Of a stretch of 64,000 bases of DNA, positions 29,935 to 41,829 are shown in pieces. The position numbers and the translations under genes were made by a program. Each line of letters opens with the position of its first letter. Position 1 is the stretch's first letter. Origin of the DNA: Eledone cirrhosa (Eukaryota); the NCBI GenBank assembly GCA_964016885.1, contig CAXHJY010001237.1, forward strand, positions 408 to 64,407, given 5' to 3'. The notes below the pieces were generated by a model. That model searched no databases. It was not told the origin of the DNA and saw only the letters and a list, made by a program, of their open reading frames with translations.

Positions 29935-30405
29935 ACATTTGAACATCCAACAAAATTGCTTCTGTCTCTTTGTTCTGATTTCAAATTTCACTGAGGTTAA
30001 CATCCTAGGTTGATAAAATATAGTACCAGTCATGTACTAAGATTGTACTAAAATATAGTACCAGTCATGTACTAAGATTGTTATAATTGATTCTTCTCTC
30101 CCCCTTCATCCAACAAAATTATTTGTTCTGACTCTTTACATTCTGATTTCAAATCTCACAGGTTAACTTCCTATTGTTGATAAAATCTAGTACCAGCTAT
30201 GTACTAGGGTCAATATGACTGTTCCCTCCCTTCATTAACAAAATTATTTGTTCTGGCTCTTTATATTCTGATTTCAAATCTCAGAGGTTGATTTTCTCTG
30301 GTTTACAAAATAAAGTACCAGTTATGTACTGGGGTCAATATAATCTACTATTCCCTCCTACATCATCCCAAATTGCTAATCTTGTGCATAAATTAGAAAT
30401 AAGTA
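29935..30405 (+). mobile_element. Three tandem Nin/Deu-domain SINE fragments
   Basis: caacaaaatt...ttctgatttcaaat...ggtt...agtaccag..atgtact occurs three times, with an extra 35-bp duplication at about 30014-30080. Confidence 0.7.
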
Positions 30406-30428
30406 TTATTTCTGTCTTCGGTCTATAG

Positions 30429-30455
30429 GAATTTAGACACTACTATTGTGTTCAG
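30429..30455 (+). other. Candidate 27-nt micro-exon
   Basis: tttctgtcttcggtctatag|GAATTTAGACACTACTATTGTGTTCAG|gtattt; open as EFRHYYCVQ or NLDTTIVF. Splice signals only. Confidence 0.2.
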
Positions 30456-31079
30456 GTATTTATATTTTACATTATAATTAAATGCAAATAAATGTATCCT
30501 ACATTCCACCACCATAAATGAAAGTTAAGGGTCAGTCAGTCGACCTCGTGGTCCAGCCAACAGGATGGAGAAGAAAGACTTTGCCTCAGATGCTGGCTAG
30601 AGAGACACGCTGAAACAGCCACTCCACCTCCCAGGGTTCACACTTTGTAGGCAGATTTCAGTATCAAATTTATGGGGTAAAAAATTATTTTTATATACCA
30701 ACAAAAAAAGTTTCTTAAACACAAAAAGAAAGAAAAAAAATGAGGTATATTTTTAAAAAGTAGTGTGACTCTGGATGTTAAGGTTGGGCAGCTAAAAGTA
30801 TTATCTAATGAAATGATCCCTTTTTGATCTGTCATCACCTGTCTTAAATGATTTACAACAGAATCAATATATGATGGGGGGGGGGGGGGATATTTAACTG
30901 GGGCAGCTGTTTGATTAAAAAAAAGTAGCCAGTATTAAACTCCAGATTAACTATCTTATAACCTATGTGACTAATTTCCTCCTCCTTGTACATCAGCCAG
31001 AAAGGTTTTAGCAAAGATTATCAACTTAATATATGGTTTAGATCTCAATGTTTTGTAAACAATATTTATATTTTTCCTT

Positions 31080-31081
<2 letters not shown>

Positions 31082-31154
<73 letters not shown>
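31082..31154. repeat. (GT)n microsatellite
   Basis: Perfect GT run. Confidence 0.98.
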
Positions 31155-31157
<3 letters not shown>

Positions 31158-31793
31158 TCATGCATACACAAATATGTACATAACACACATACACATTCAT
31201 ACTAACATATAGTTGCACACACATTTATGTGTATGTCCATGGATACCTTCATACATGTGAATACACGCAGGCATACACACACACACACACAGGCATACAC
31301 ACACAGAGGCACAGGCATACAGACATATACACACACTCACATATATACATACATCCACACACATACATATAAATAGATATGTGGTCTTTGAAAATATGAA
31401 TATAAACATATTTGACAAAAATCAATGCAGATGCAATGATTTGAGTTGGGGAGAAGGAAGATTACAAATAAAATCCCTATTTATAATAAATTATGATCCA
31501 CAGGTTAGAGAGAGTGATTATTCTCACCTGTGACACAGAGACAATTAGCACTGAAAAACACCTACAGTAGAGATTTACCTGTTTGTTTAGACTTAGTCAT
31601 CATCTGGTGTTTTAAAACATCTTCCCCTCTCCAACCCTATTTCCATTGATCAACACCATGATAGTTGGATAGAGATCAAGAGATAACTAAGGAGCTTCTA
31701 TAATATTATTTATAATCACTCAGACTGCTTAAATTTAAAGACAGTATCTCCTTAAATAAATTAGCAAATCTCCTTAAAAGACATTCACTGTCT

Positions 31794-32006
31794 TTAACCC
31801 TTTAGCATTTAAACCAGCCAAATCTGGCCAGAATTCTCACCTCTTTCTCTTTAAACTGGCTGTAACCATTTGCTCATGCTGATGTTAATGTATTATTCAC
31901 AAAATAAATAACAAAAATCTCATAGATTCAATATTATGTGAGCTAAAGCTTTTACCATGAAAATATAATTGTAAATATAGAGTAATGTTAAATGCTAAAG
32001 AGTTAA
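31794..32006. mobile_element. TTAA-flanked MITE family 1 (piggyBac-like)
   Basis: TTAA-ccctttagcattta ... taaatgctaaagag-TTAA terminal inverted repeats; homologues at 44542, 56816 and 58520. Confidence 0.8.
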
Positions 32007-32431
32007 ATTATTTTGCAATATGATTTTATATAAGAACCATGTAAAGTTACTATCTTAGTATATAATAAAATAATAAATAATTTTGGTAAATCACTCAAAA
32101 TCCTTCACTAATTAATTGAAATATAGTTATGAAAGTTTTACATTTTTCATCATTTAAATTAGGACAGCATCTTGAAACATCTAAATTTCAATGATAGTAA
32201 AAGTAGAAATGAAGAACAATGACTGTTAATCACTTTGTGGTGTTTGTCTTGGTCCTCTGAATTCTGAGTTTAAATCCTGCTGAGGTCAGCTTTGCCTTTC
32301 ATCCTTTTGAGGGTTAAGAGAACAATGTATTGGCAGAATTGTTAGAGCATCAGGCACGAGGTCATGCAGTATCTGTTCCAGTATTCTGGGTTTGCCTATG
32401 CCAGCATGGAAAAACACCTGTTAAATGATGA

Positions 32432-32433
<2 letters not shown>

Positions 32434-32511
<78 letters not shown>

Positions 32512-32915
32512 CATCACACCATCACACCATCACACCATCACACCATCACACCACACACACCATCACACCACACACACCATCACACCACACACACCATCAC
32601 ACCACACACACCATCACACCACACACACCATCACACCACACACACCATCACACCACACACACCATCACACCACACACACCATCACACCACACACACCATC
32701 ACACCACACACACCATCACACCACACACACCATCACACACACCATCACACCATCACACACACCATCACACACACCATCACACACACCATCACACACACCA
32801 TCACACACACCATCACACACACCATCACACACACCATCACACACACCATCACACACACCATCACACACACCATCACACACACCATCACACACACCATCAC
32901 ACACACACATACCAT
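32434..32915. repeat. (CA)n grading into CACCATCA, CACCACACACACCATCA and CACACACCATCA tandem repeats
   Basis: Direct reading. Flanked by convergent RTE tails (32395-32432 on +, 32915-32965 on -). The His/Thr ORFs are artefacts. Confidence 0.95.
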
Positions 32916-33073
32916 CATACCATCATTTTACATCCGCTTTTTCCTGCTTGCAAGGGTGAGACGGGTCCTATTCAGCACAGCATCTCTCCACAGGAGTTTT
33001 GTTTATCTTTGTTTTTGCGTAGTAACTTCCTGGGCCACTGGTATATCATAATGATTGGATAACTGCACCAATG

Positions 33074-33136
33074 ATTGCATAAACATCTGATGAAATCATA
33101 TGAATAACCATGTAACAGAAATATATATAATGCAAT
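33074..33136 (+). ncRNA. Degenerate type I hammerhead ribozyme motif (Penelope-like)
   Basis: cat-CTGATGA ... GAAA-tatata-TA-atgcaat; attgcat/atgcaat complementarity; palindromic stem III; weak stem II. Confidence 0.4.
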
Positions 33137-33428
33137 AAACAATTATGGTGATTTAATTCCGTCTTTACTACCATTATTTGATATATAAATAAATATATAT
33201 ATTTATAAGGAAAGTTAATCAACATCATCATCATACGTCCACTTTTCCCTGCTTGCAAGGATAAATATCATAAATAATAATAAAAGGTTTTTTACCTCAA
33301 CTTATAATTTTGCACATTGCAACAACTCCATGTAAAATGTTTATTTTTTTTAAATATTTAATTGCTTGCTTTACGCTCAGGTCTATTCTTATTATTCTTT
33401 GAACTTGGTAAACTTTGTTCCTTCTCAG

Positions 33429-33535
33429 TTTTCCTGAAGAAATGCTGTTATATGTATAGTGTTAATAATTGTTAATTAATTATTTCTGATTGTTTGCATA
33501 TGCATGTTCTATTACAGTCGTAGAAATTAAAGAAT
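33429..33535 (+). ncRNA. Degenerate hammerhead motif with long stem II
   Basis: ttc-CTGAAGA-a-atgctgttata...tattacagtcgt-a-GAAA; the stem II arms pair, but the cleavage site and stem I are decayed. Confidence 0.3.
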
Positions 33536-34559
33536 GAATTTAAGTTAACCTTGGTCTTTGTGGGGGTGGGGGGATTTGGCAAAGCCTTTAGAACATAGGA
33601 GGAAAAGGTCTTGCAGTGTTTGTTCCAGCTCTCTGAACAATGTAGTCTTAGATATATGTGTGTGTGTGTGTATATGTGTGTATTTATATATTTATGACAA
33701 CCGCTCTTGTGCCGGTACAGTAGGCAGAACGTGTGACGATACATAAGCAAGATGCAGACCCATCCAACCCTTGCTAACAGGGAGAGCAGATGTTAAATTA
33801 TGATGATGGTAATATATGTATATGTGTATATATGCAGCAGCAATCATTTTAAGGCAATTTTTCCTTGCTAAAGAAAGATTTAGCCTTGCAAGTCCCATGA
33901 AAAGCTTCATACTCATCATGGAGTCCTTTTTGGAAATAATGTTCTACAGCTGGGTGCTCTTCCCTGCGTCAACTCTTTTAGCAACATTTTATGACATACA
34001 GTAGTATGGTGTATTTATTCTAAACTGGATAAACACACACTGTGAATATGTGTGTATATATGTGTCTCTAACTTAACTATGAATGAGTGTGAGGCATGTC
34101 AATGTAAGAACCATTTAGTAAACTGAAACTGAATACACAACATTTAAGCCATAGTATTTTGACACAAACAATGTACTGTTATAAAATAGAGATCTCGTAT
34201 AATTCAATACATTGTTGGTAATAAATATCACCAATGACTTTCTATTTATATTTCTTTCTCTATTTCTTTATTTTTTGACTCACCATCATCATGTAACCTG
34301 TTTTACTTATATTGTTAAAAGACCACTACAAATTGTGGTTCAAATTTCTCTCATTCATTTTCACTGTTTTTCATGTTTTATTTATTTTTTAAAAATCCAT
34401 ACTACTTACTTAGTACTCAAGTGGGGTAGATTTTGTAAATGTATTTGAATGTTGTATGAAATTTTAGAAAGCTGCATATGACACATGTCAAAGGCAGCAC
34501 TAATTTGGTATGAACATTTATGTTAATAGGGTAGCGAATTGGCAAAGCCTTTAGAGTAG

Positions 34560-34857
34560 TGGAGGCGTGTGGCCTAGTGGTAAGGGTGTTGGAGTTATGA
34601 TCATAATGTTATGGGTTTGATTCCTGGGCTGGTTGCGTGTTGTGTTCTTGGGCAAAACACTTCATTTCACGTTGCTCCAGTATACTCAGTTGAAAATGAG
34701 TACCAGCAATAGCTGGGGGTTTAACCCTGCAATGGACTAGATCCTGCCCAAGGGGAAGTCTTGTACTCTCAATCGCTCCATGCCATGAAACGAGGATAAA
34801 CACCTGCCTAGTGAGCCTTGTGGCTTAAGACAGGCTTTAGATCTTTTAGATTAGATG
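34560..34857 (+). mobile_element. Full-length tRNA-derived SINE with TSD
   Basis: tggcctagtggtaa A-box and gggtttgattcc B-box; body cttgggcaaaacacttcatttcacgttgctccag...aaccctgcaatggactag; tttagagYag on both sides. Confidence 0.85.
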
Positions 34858-35599
34858 TTTAGAGCAGAGGAAGAAAAGGTCTTGCAGTGTTTGTTCCAGC
34901 TCTCTGCAATGTAGCCTTAGATGTACAAAAAGATAGGATGGTTGTGGTTGATATATCTTTCATCATAGATCTGCTGATCCTGGGTTAAACAGCAAGAATC
35001 TATAGCAATATGGTAAGTAAAAAATATAAAGGACCCTTAACCCCCTGATGGAGTCATAATAGTGCCTTTCCTGAAGCATCTCTTCAGCATTTTAAACCTA
35101 GCGGAGTCCATTCCTCTCCAAGTCTGAACACAGCTGATTTCTATTCGGAAAAAAGAGAAATAAGAATCAATTTCAGTACTGGACTGGTACTTCACCAACC
35201 TCATATATTTTTCATTATTTTCATCAATGAGTGAGCCTCTATAAGGTCGCTCAAACTGCTGGGAATAGCAGCCCCAAACTCTCTCAAATCATTCAGTAGG
35301 AAAAGGACACATTAAATGTAGTTTTAAAATATATTCCTCAATAAAATAGGGTGTTTACGGCTGAAACAATTTTTAATCATTGGTTTGCTGTGTACTAGAG
35401 CAGAGATAGCTCGGGCTAAACAGTTTTTGATCAATGGTCTGCTGTATGCTAGAACAGAGTTGACCTGGGGTTAAACAACATCCAAGTTTTTCTTATAACT
35501 AGTGTGTGTGTGAAGGGTGGGGTGCTAATAAAGACTATTAGGTTTACTGTCTTGTAACTATATCATTCCCACACACTTCAAACTAGAGACATTTTGTAT

Positions 35600-35705
35600 A
35601 CTACTACCACTCCCACTACCACCACTACCACACCACCCACCACACCGCTATCAAGCACCGCCATCACCCCCCACCACCATTACTGCCATCACCACCACCA
35701 CCACA
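35600..35705. repeat. Degenerate (ACC)n tract
   Basis: Direct reading; a similar tract lies at 57915-58180. Confidence 0.8.
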
Positions 35706-36019
35706 TCTTTATCATAGACAAGTGTCTGTTCATTACTTTTAGCCCCCCCCCCCCCCCCCCAAGATTTAGCTAAGCAGTTCTGTTACTCAGAAGGAGCTTA
35801 ATTTACTAAACATATGATCCACCCCAGTGAGTAGAGCCACTGTGTGTGTGTCGGTGTGTGTGTATGTATGTGTCAGTGTATGCCTGTAAATGTGCATGTA
35901 TGCTTGTCTCTGTGTATAGGTGGGTGTCAGTGTTTGTGTGTGTATTTGTATCTCTCTTTCTGAGTGTGTGTGTAACTGCATCATGAGTGTCTATGTGCAT
36001 GTGTGTGTGAGGAGGGGGG

Positions 36020-36325
36020 GGTACTTTGGGGTGTATGTGCTTGTATGATTGTGTGCATGTATGTTTGGGGTGTATGTGCTTGTATGATTTGTGTACATGT
36101 ATGTGTGTGTTTGGGATGTATGTGCATGTATGTGTAGGTGGAGGATGTTTGTGTGTGGGGAGGGTGTTTTGGGGTGTATGATTGTCTGTGTGCTTGTATG
36201 ATTGTCTGTGTGCTTGTATGATTGTCTGTGTGCTTGTATGATTGTCTGTGTGCATGTATGATTGTCTGTGTGCATGTATGTGTGGGTAGGAGGATGTCTG
36301 TGTGTATGTATGCATGTGTGTGTAT
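36020..36325. repeat. TG-rich region with 20-bp minisatellite (gtatgattgtctgtgtgctt)
   Basis: About 5 tandem copies at 36176-36275. Confidence 0.85.
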
Positions 36326-36599
36326 CTGTGTGCCGGGGAAGATTTCACTTTCATGAAATTGTCTTTCTACATTTCTCTCTCTTGACTGTTTATACACAGC
36401 TGTCATAACATGCTGTGTAAGCCTGCATACATGTATGACACATGCACTTAGCGCTAGTGCAAATTGGGTGCACAGGCAGATATACACACACATGCACTCA
36501 TAGAGAGGCCTTCTTAAACATGCATATATGCACATGTTTGGACAGGCACTTGGTCAATTACATTATTGTGAGTGTTAATTTCTGCAAATGTGCACGTGT

Positions 36600-36770
36600 G
36601 TATGTATGTATCTATCTATCTATCTATATATACACACACACACATACATATATGTATACTTTTAAAATCATGCATTTATATATGATTATATATATACATG
36701 TATATATATGTATATATATATATACATGTATATATATATACACGTGTATATATATATATATATATATACA

Positions 36771-36802
<32 letters not shown>

Positions 36803-36966
36803 CATATACACATATATATATATATACATATATATATACATATACACATATATATATATACATGTATATATACGTATACACATATATATATATACATATA
36901 TATATACGTATACACATATATATATATATACATGTATATATACATATACACATATATATATATATA
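36600..36966. repeat. (TA)n/(TACA)n microsatellite
   Basis: Direct reading; abuts the RTE 3' tail. Confidence 0.95.
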
Positions 36967-38506
36967 CATCATCATCATCATCATCAACGTTTAACGTCCG
37001 TGTTCCACGCTTGCATGGGTTTGGACGGGGGTAGTCCCACTTGAGGCAAGAGTGATTGTCTTGCTCGCATAGGACTGTCTGGCAGGTTTTCTACAGTTGG
37101 ATGCCCTTCCTAACACCAACCACATTTACAGTGTGGATCTGGGAGGTTTTTACTGTGTTGCCTACACGGCCACATTACAGCGTGGACTGTGTGTTTTTTT
37201 GTCGTGACACCTACACGATCTCGTTTGTTTCGGCCTGGATGGCGCGGCACCAACATAACTTTACATGGAACGGGGTGGTGTGGATGGGGTGGGGGTGGTG
37301 GCGGGACGGGGTGTAGTTTGTTAGAGATGCCTACTGGCAAGGCGGGTCTTCTCTGTTACTGAGTACCGCCAAAGGTCACGGTCCAGTGACATTGTCTTGG
37401 AGAGGTGTAAGTGTATGAGGTCGGAGTTTATCAGCTCATCCCATGTTTTTCTAGGTCTGCCTATTCCGTGGCTACCGTCTATCTTTATTGCCCTGCACTT
37501 TGTAATACAGCTATCGACTTTCATGCGCATCACGTGTCCATACCAACGCAGCCTTCTCTCGAGTAAACATCTGATCCCTCTTATCTCTAATTTTTTCCTT
37601 AGTTCGTTTATGCTTTGCCGTTCACGTATATTACTGTTACACATCCAGCGGAGCATGCAAGCTTCGTTCCTCTCTAGTCTGCGTATATCCTCTGCACACA
37701 ATGCCCAGGTCTCACTACCATGCAACATTGCTGTTCGTATGCAGGCATCGTACAACCTGCCTTTCATTTTTAGGGAGAACCCTTTAGCAGCTAATAGTGG
37801 TATAAGCTCTCTGAACTTTTTCCAACCAGTTCTGACTCTAGCTACAGTACTTTCAGAGCACCCTCCCCCACTGCTGATTTTATCGCCCAGGTAACGGAAG
37901 CTGTCCACTATTTCTATAGAACCCTCTGCGCAATTGAAAGAGCTAGTATTTTGTGGGCACTTGCTGCTACTTATTGCACCAGAACATCGGCCACATGTAA
38001 AGTCTATGTTCTTAGTTAGCTTACCTGTGATCCCACTACATCTTTTATGCACCCATACTTTGCATTTAGGACATAAGATGGAGTTTCTACCTACGCCTTT
38101 CCTACATACCGAGCACGACCATTTCCCAGAAGGGACCGCCGCCTTGTTTTCTTTCCTACAAACTAGAACTTTGGTCTTAGCCAGGTTAATTTTAAGTCCT
38201 TTTGACTCTAGGCCGTGCTTCCATGTTTGGAATTTCTTCTCTAGCTCGGCCATTGATTCCGCTATGAGTGTCAGGTCGTCTGTGTATAGGAGTTCCCATG
38301 GGCAGCCTGTCTTGAACTCCTCTGTTATAGCCTGAAGGGCAATAATAAATAGTAGGGGGCTGAGAACAGAGCCCTGATGGACGCCAACTTTTACGCTAAA
38401 CTCTTCACTATATTCGTTGTTAATTCTAACCTTGCTGACTGTTTCTTTATACATGGCTTGTATAGCCCTCACAAGCCATTCGTCAACGCCTAGTTTTCTA
38501 AGAGCC
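36967..38506 (-). mobile_element. 5'-truncated RTE-clade LINE
   Basis: Open RT C-terminal ORF plus 3' UTR ending ccatgcaagcgtgg..ggacgttaaacgt(tga)n; both ends lie in TA microsatellite. Confidence 0.95.
37321..38506 (-). pseudogene. RTE non-LTR reverse transcriptase ORF, C-terminal ~395 aa, with PHD-like finger
   Basis: Motifs GVHQGSVLSPLLF, LLYTDDL, FRYLG, LHGSETW, RRLRWYGHVMR and GRPRKTW. The first ~14 residues of the predicted ORF come from the TA repeat. The endonuclease and N-terminal RT are missing. Confidence 0.92.
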
Positions 38507-38564
38507 ATATATATATACATATACACATATATATACATATTTATATACACATATTTATATACAC

Positions 38565-38597
<33 letters not shown>

Positions 38598-39238
38598 CGG
38601 AGTAGGCAGACCCAGAAAAACGTGGGACGAGCTGATAAATTCCGACCTCACACGCTTACACCTCTCCAAGACAATGTCACTGGACCGAGACCTTTGGCAG
38701 TACTCAGTAATAGAGAAGACCCGCCTTACCTAAATACAAAGTAAAAACCTACTACAGTCAGTAGGCATCTCTATCAAAACACACCCCCGTCCCACCACCT
38801 CCACCCCACCCACACCGCCCCTTTCAATGTAAAGTTATGTTGGTCCCACAACATCCAGGCCGAAACAAATGAGATCGTGTAGGTGTCACGACAAAAAACA
38901 CACAGTCCACGCTGTAAATGTGGCCGTGTAGGCAACACGGTAAAAACCTCCCAGCCCCACACTGTAAATGTGGTTGGTGTTAGGAAGGGCATCCAGCTGT
39001 AGAAAACCCGCCAGACAGTCCACGCTGTAATGTGGCCGTGTAGGCAGCACGGTAAAAGCCTCCCAGCCCCACACTGTAAATGTGGTTGGTGTTAGGAAGG
39101 GCATCCAACTGTAGAAAACCCGCCAGACAGTCCTATGCGAGCAAGACAACCACTCTTGCCTCAAGTGGGAAAACCCCCGTCCAAACCCATGCAAGCATGG
39201 AACACGGACGCTAAACCTGATGATGATGATGATGATGA
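38598..39238 (+). mobile_element. RTE 3' fragment of the same family, inverted relative to 36967-37470
   Basis: Encodes GVGRPRKTWDELINSDLTRLHLSKTMSLDRDLWQYSVIEKTRLT*, then the 3' UTR and (tga)n tail. Confidence 0.92.
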
Positions 39239-39884
39239 TATACACACACACACACACACGTGCATTTATGAATGCATTTCCCTCTGAACATTGTTTTGTG
39301 TATTGAATGGAAGGAAGAGATGTGGAAGAGCGTGTGTGTATATGTATATATATATGTGTGTGTATGTAACAAAGAAGGAAAAGAAACAATGGCCCAAATT
39401 CTCACAAGTTTAGAATAAAGTCATGGAAAATACATTATTATTATTATTCATATTGCTATTCGTATGTATGCCTGCTAATTATATATAAACTCACCACTGG
39501 CTTTTCAGTTTGATGGAGATTAATAATATATGCAGACCAAATTGTTCCCATATGTCCATAAAAGAAGTAAGTGTATGTGTTCATGTGTGTATAAAAACAT
39601 TCTATATTTTAACTTTGCTTCACCAGTTTCTACATACACCCTGCTCTCAACCCCTAACCCCACCCCCCAAAAACCCGGCCAACCCTCACAATTGAGTATG
39701 ACTTGGTCATATTTAGCATGCATTCACCAAGAGTTATATGTTCCCAGGCAGCCATGATCAGATACAGACACCCTTCAGGCACCTCTTTGACTCATTCTGC
39801 CAGCATCCCCTTCCAACATGCCCTTCCTTGATATATCAGAACATCCATTTTTTTATTTTTTTGAATGACAGAATTGTTACAAGC

Positions 39885-40060
39885 ATTAGGGCAGTAGATT
39901 TGGCAGAATCTTGAGGGCATTGGACAAAATACTTTGGACTGTTTGTTCCAGTCCTTTACATTCCTGAGTTCAAGTCCTGTCATGGTGATCTTTGTCTTTC
40001 ATCATTCCAGGGTTCATATAATCAACTTTCTCCTCCTCTTCAAATTGCTTAATTAGAAAT
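39885..40060 (+). mobile_element. Nin/Deu-domain SINE, degenerate
   Basis: ttggcagaatc...ctgagttcaagtcc...ctttgtctttcatcattccagg. Confidence 0.6.
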
Positions 40061-40074
40061 AAATTAGTTTGTAA

Positions 40075-40361
40075 ATCATCCCCATTTTATGTCAATTTTT
40101 CCATGCTAGCATGGGTTAGACGGGTTGTCCTGTTGTGGCAATGCTAGGTCCGGTGACCATGTCTTGCACATACAGAACTGATTTTGGCTTGGATGCTATT
40201 CCTAAAACCTCATTTTCAGTGAGTACTGGGTGCTTTTTGACCCAGTATAGTGGTTGGTGATAGGAAATGCATCCAGCCATAGAAAACATGCCAAAAATGG
40301 AACCTCTCCCATGTGGAAAACTGGCATATGATGGTGACAGACCATGACGATGATGATGATG
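40075..40361. mobile_element. Two divergent RTE 3' fragments
   Basis: Minus-strand tail ttttccatgctagcatgggttagacggg at 40097; plus-strand tail ending (gat)n at 40361. Confidence 0.7.
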
Positions 40362-40727
40362 AAAAGGTTACTAGATGGAATGAGAGAGGTAGAGATACTT
40401 ATGAAAAATTAGTTTTATCCCTCTATTTTGAACATCAACAGGTGTGTGTGTGTGTGTGAACAATTAACATGTTCCTTTGTTCTATTGTCTACTGTGGTTT
40501 TTGTTTGTTTTAGGTATAAGTGGTTTGCTATAGTTCTTAACTGTTTCACATCTGACTTTTAATCTCTGTCATTTTTAAGCGCACATACACACACACTTCA
40601 TATCTTTCACTATCACAGACACTTGCACTTAAGCTCATTCTCATTCTCTATCTTTCTCTCTATCTCTCTATCTTTCTCTCTATCTTTCTCTCTCTTTCTC
40701 ACTCTCTCTCGCTCTCTCTCTCTCTTT

Positions 40728-40844
40728 CATCATTGTTTAATGTCTATCTTCCACGCTAGCATGGGTTTAGACGGGAATTGTCCCACTTGAGGCAAGATTG
40801 GTCGGGAGACTGTCTCGCTCGTATAGGACTGTCTGGCAGGTTTT
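40728..40844 (-). mobile_element. Short RTE 3' end
   Basis: tccacgctagcatgggt..gacgggaattgtcccacttgaggcaag; nearly identical to 62397-62512. Confidence 0.8.
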
Positions 40845-40990
40845 ATATATATATGGAAATGCACACACATGTACTCCACCTCCACTCTCTGATAGACAAA
40901 CACCCACATACACCTGTAATTTCTCACTTTCACAAAATTTCTCTTACACACACACACACACACACACTTGGGATTTGGGTAAGGAGATAG

Positions 40991-41581
40991 ATGGTGGTGG
41001 TGTATTGTAGTGGACTATATGGTGGTGGTGTATTGTAGTGGACTATATGGTGGTGGTGGTGTATTGGAGTGGACTGTGGTGGTGGTGTATTGTAGCGGAC
41101 TATATGGTGGTGGTGGTGTATTGTAGTGGACTATATGGTGGTGGTGGTGTATTGTAGTGGACTATATGGTGGTGGTGGTGTATTGTAGTGGACTATATGG
41201 TGGTGGTGGTGTATTGTAGTGGACTATATGGTGGTGGTGGTGTATTGTAGTGGACTATATGGTGGTGGTGGTGTATTGTAGCGGACTATATGGTGGTGGT
41301 GGTGGTGTATTGTAGTGGACTATATGGTGGTGGTGGTGTATTGTAGTGGACTATATGGTGGTGGTGGTGTATTGGAGTGGACTATATGGTGGTGGTGGTG
41401 GTGGTGTATTGTAGCGGACTATATGGTGGTGGTGGTGTATTGGAGTGGACTATATGGTGGTGGTGGTGGTGTATTGTAGCGGACTATATGGTGGTGGTGG
41501 TGTATTGTAGTGGACTATATGGTGGTGGTGGTGTATTGGAGTGGACTATATGGTGGTGGTGGTGATGTATTTTAGTGGACT
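40991..41581. repeat. Minisatellite, ~30-bp unit (ggt)n-gtattgtagtggactatat
   Basis: About 19 units with a variable number of GGT triplets. Confidence 0.95.
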
Positions 41582-41829
41582 GACTATTAACTCTAACTGT
41601 TGCTCCAGTTTTAGATTAGTAACACTTCGACCTTTGACCCCAAATATTTTCCCTAATTATTGGTTCAACAGATGAAATCATTGCAGCCTTCTGTTGTTAC
41701 AAGACAGGAGAGACAAATTAAATTGTCCAGCTGTTTCAGTTTTATGATGTTTTTGTTTATATTTAGCAGCCTACTGTTATCAATACATACCTAACCTTCA
41801 TTTCTAAAGTAGTTATATATATATATAAC

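Noticed and set aside
32364-33062. His-rich 232-aa and 208-aa ORFs
   Set aside because: Translation of CA/CACCAT tandem repeats.
34560-34630. tRNA gene
   Set aside because: A/B boxes are present but there is no full cloverleaf, and the sequence continues into a SINE body. The same holds for the other heads.
40991-41581. CRISPR-like array
   Set aside because: The spacers are just variable GGT runs, not unique sequence; eukaryotic context with no cas genes.
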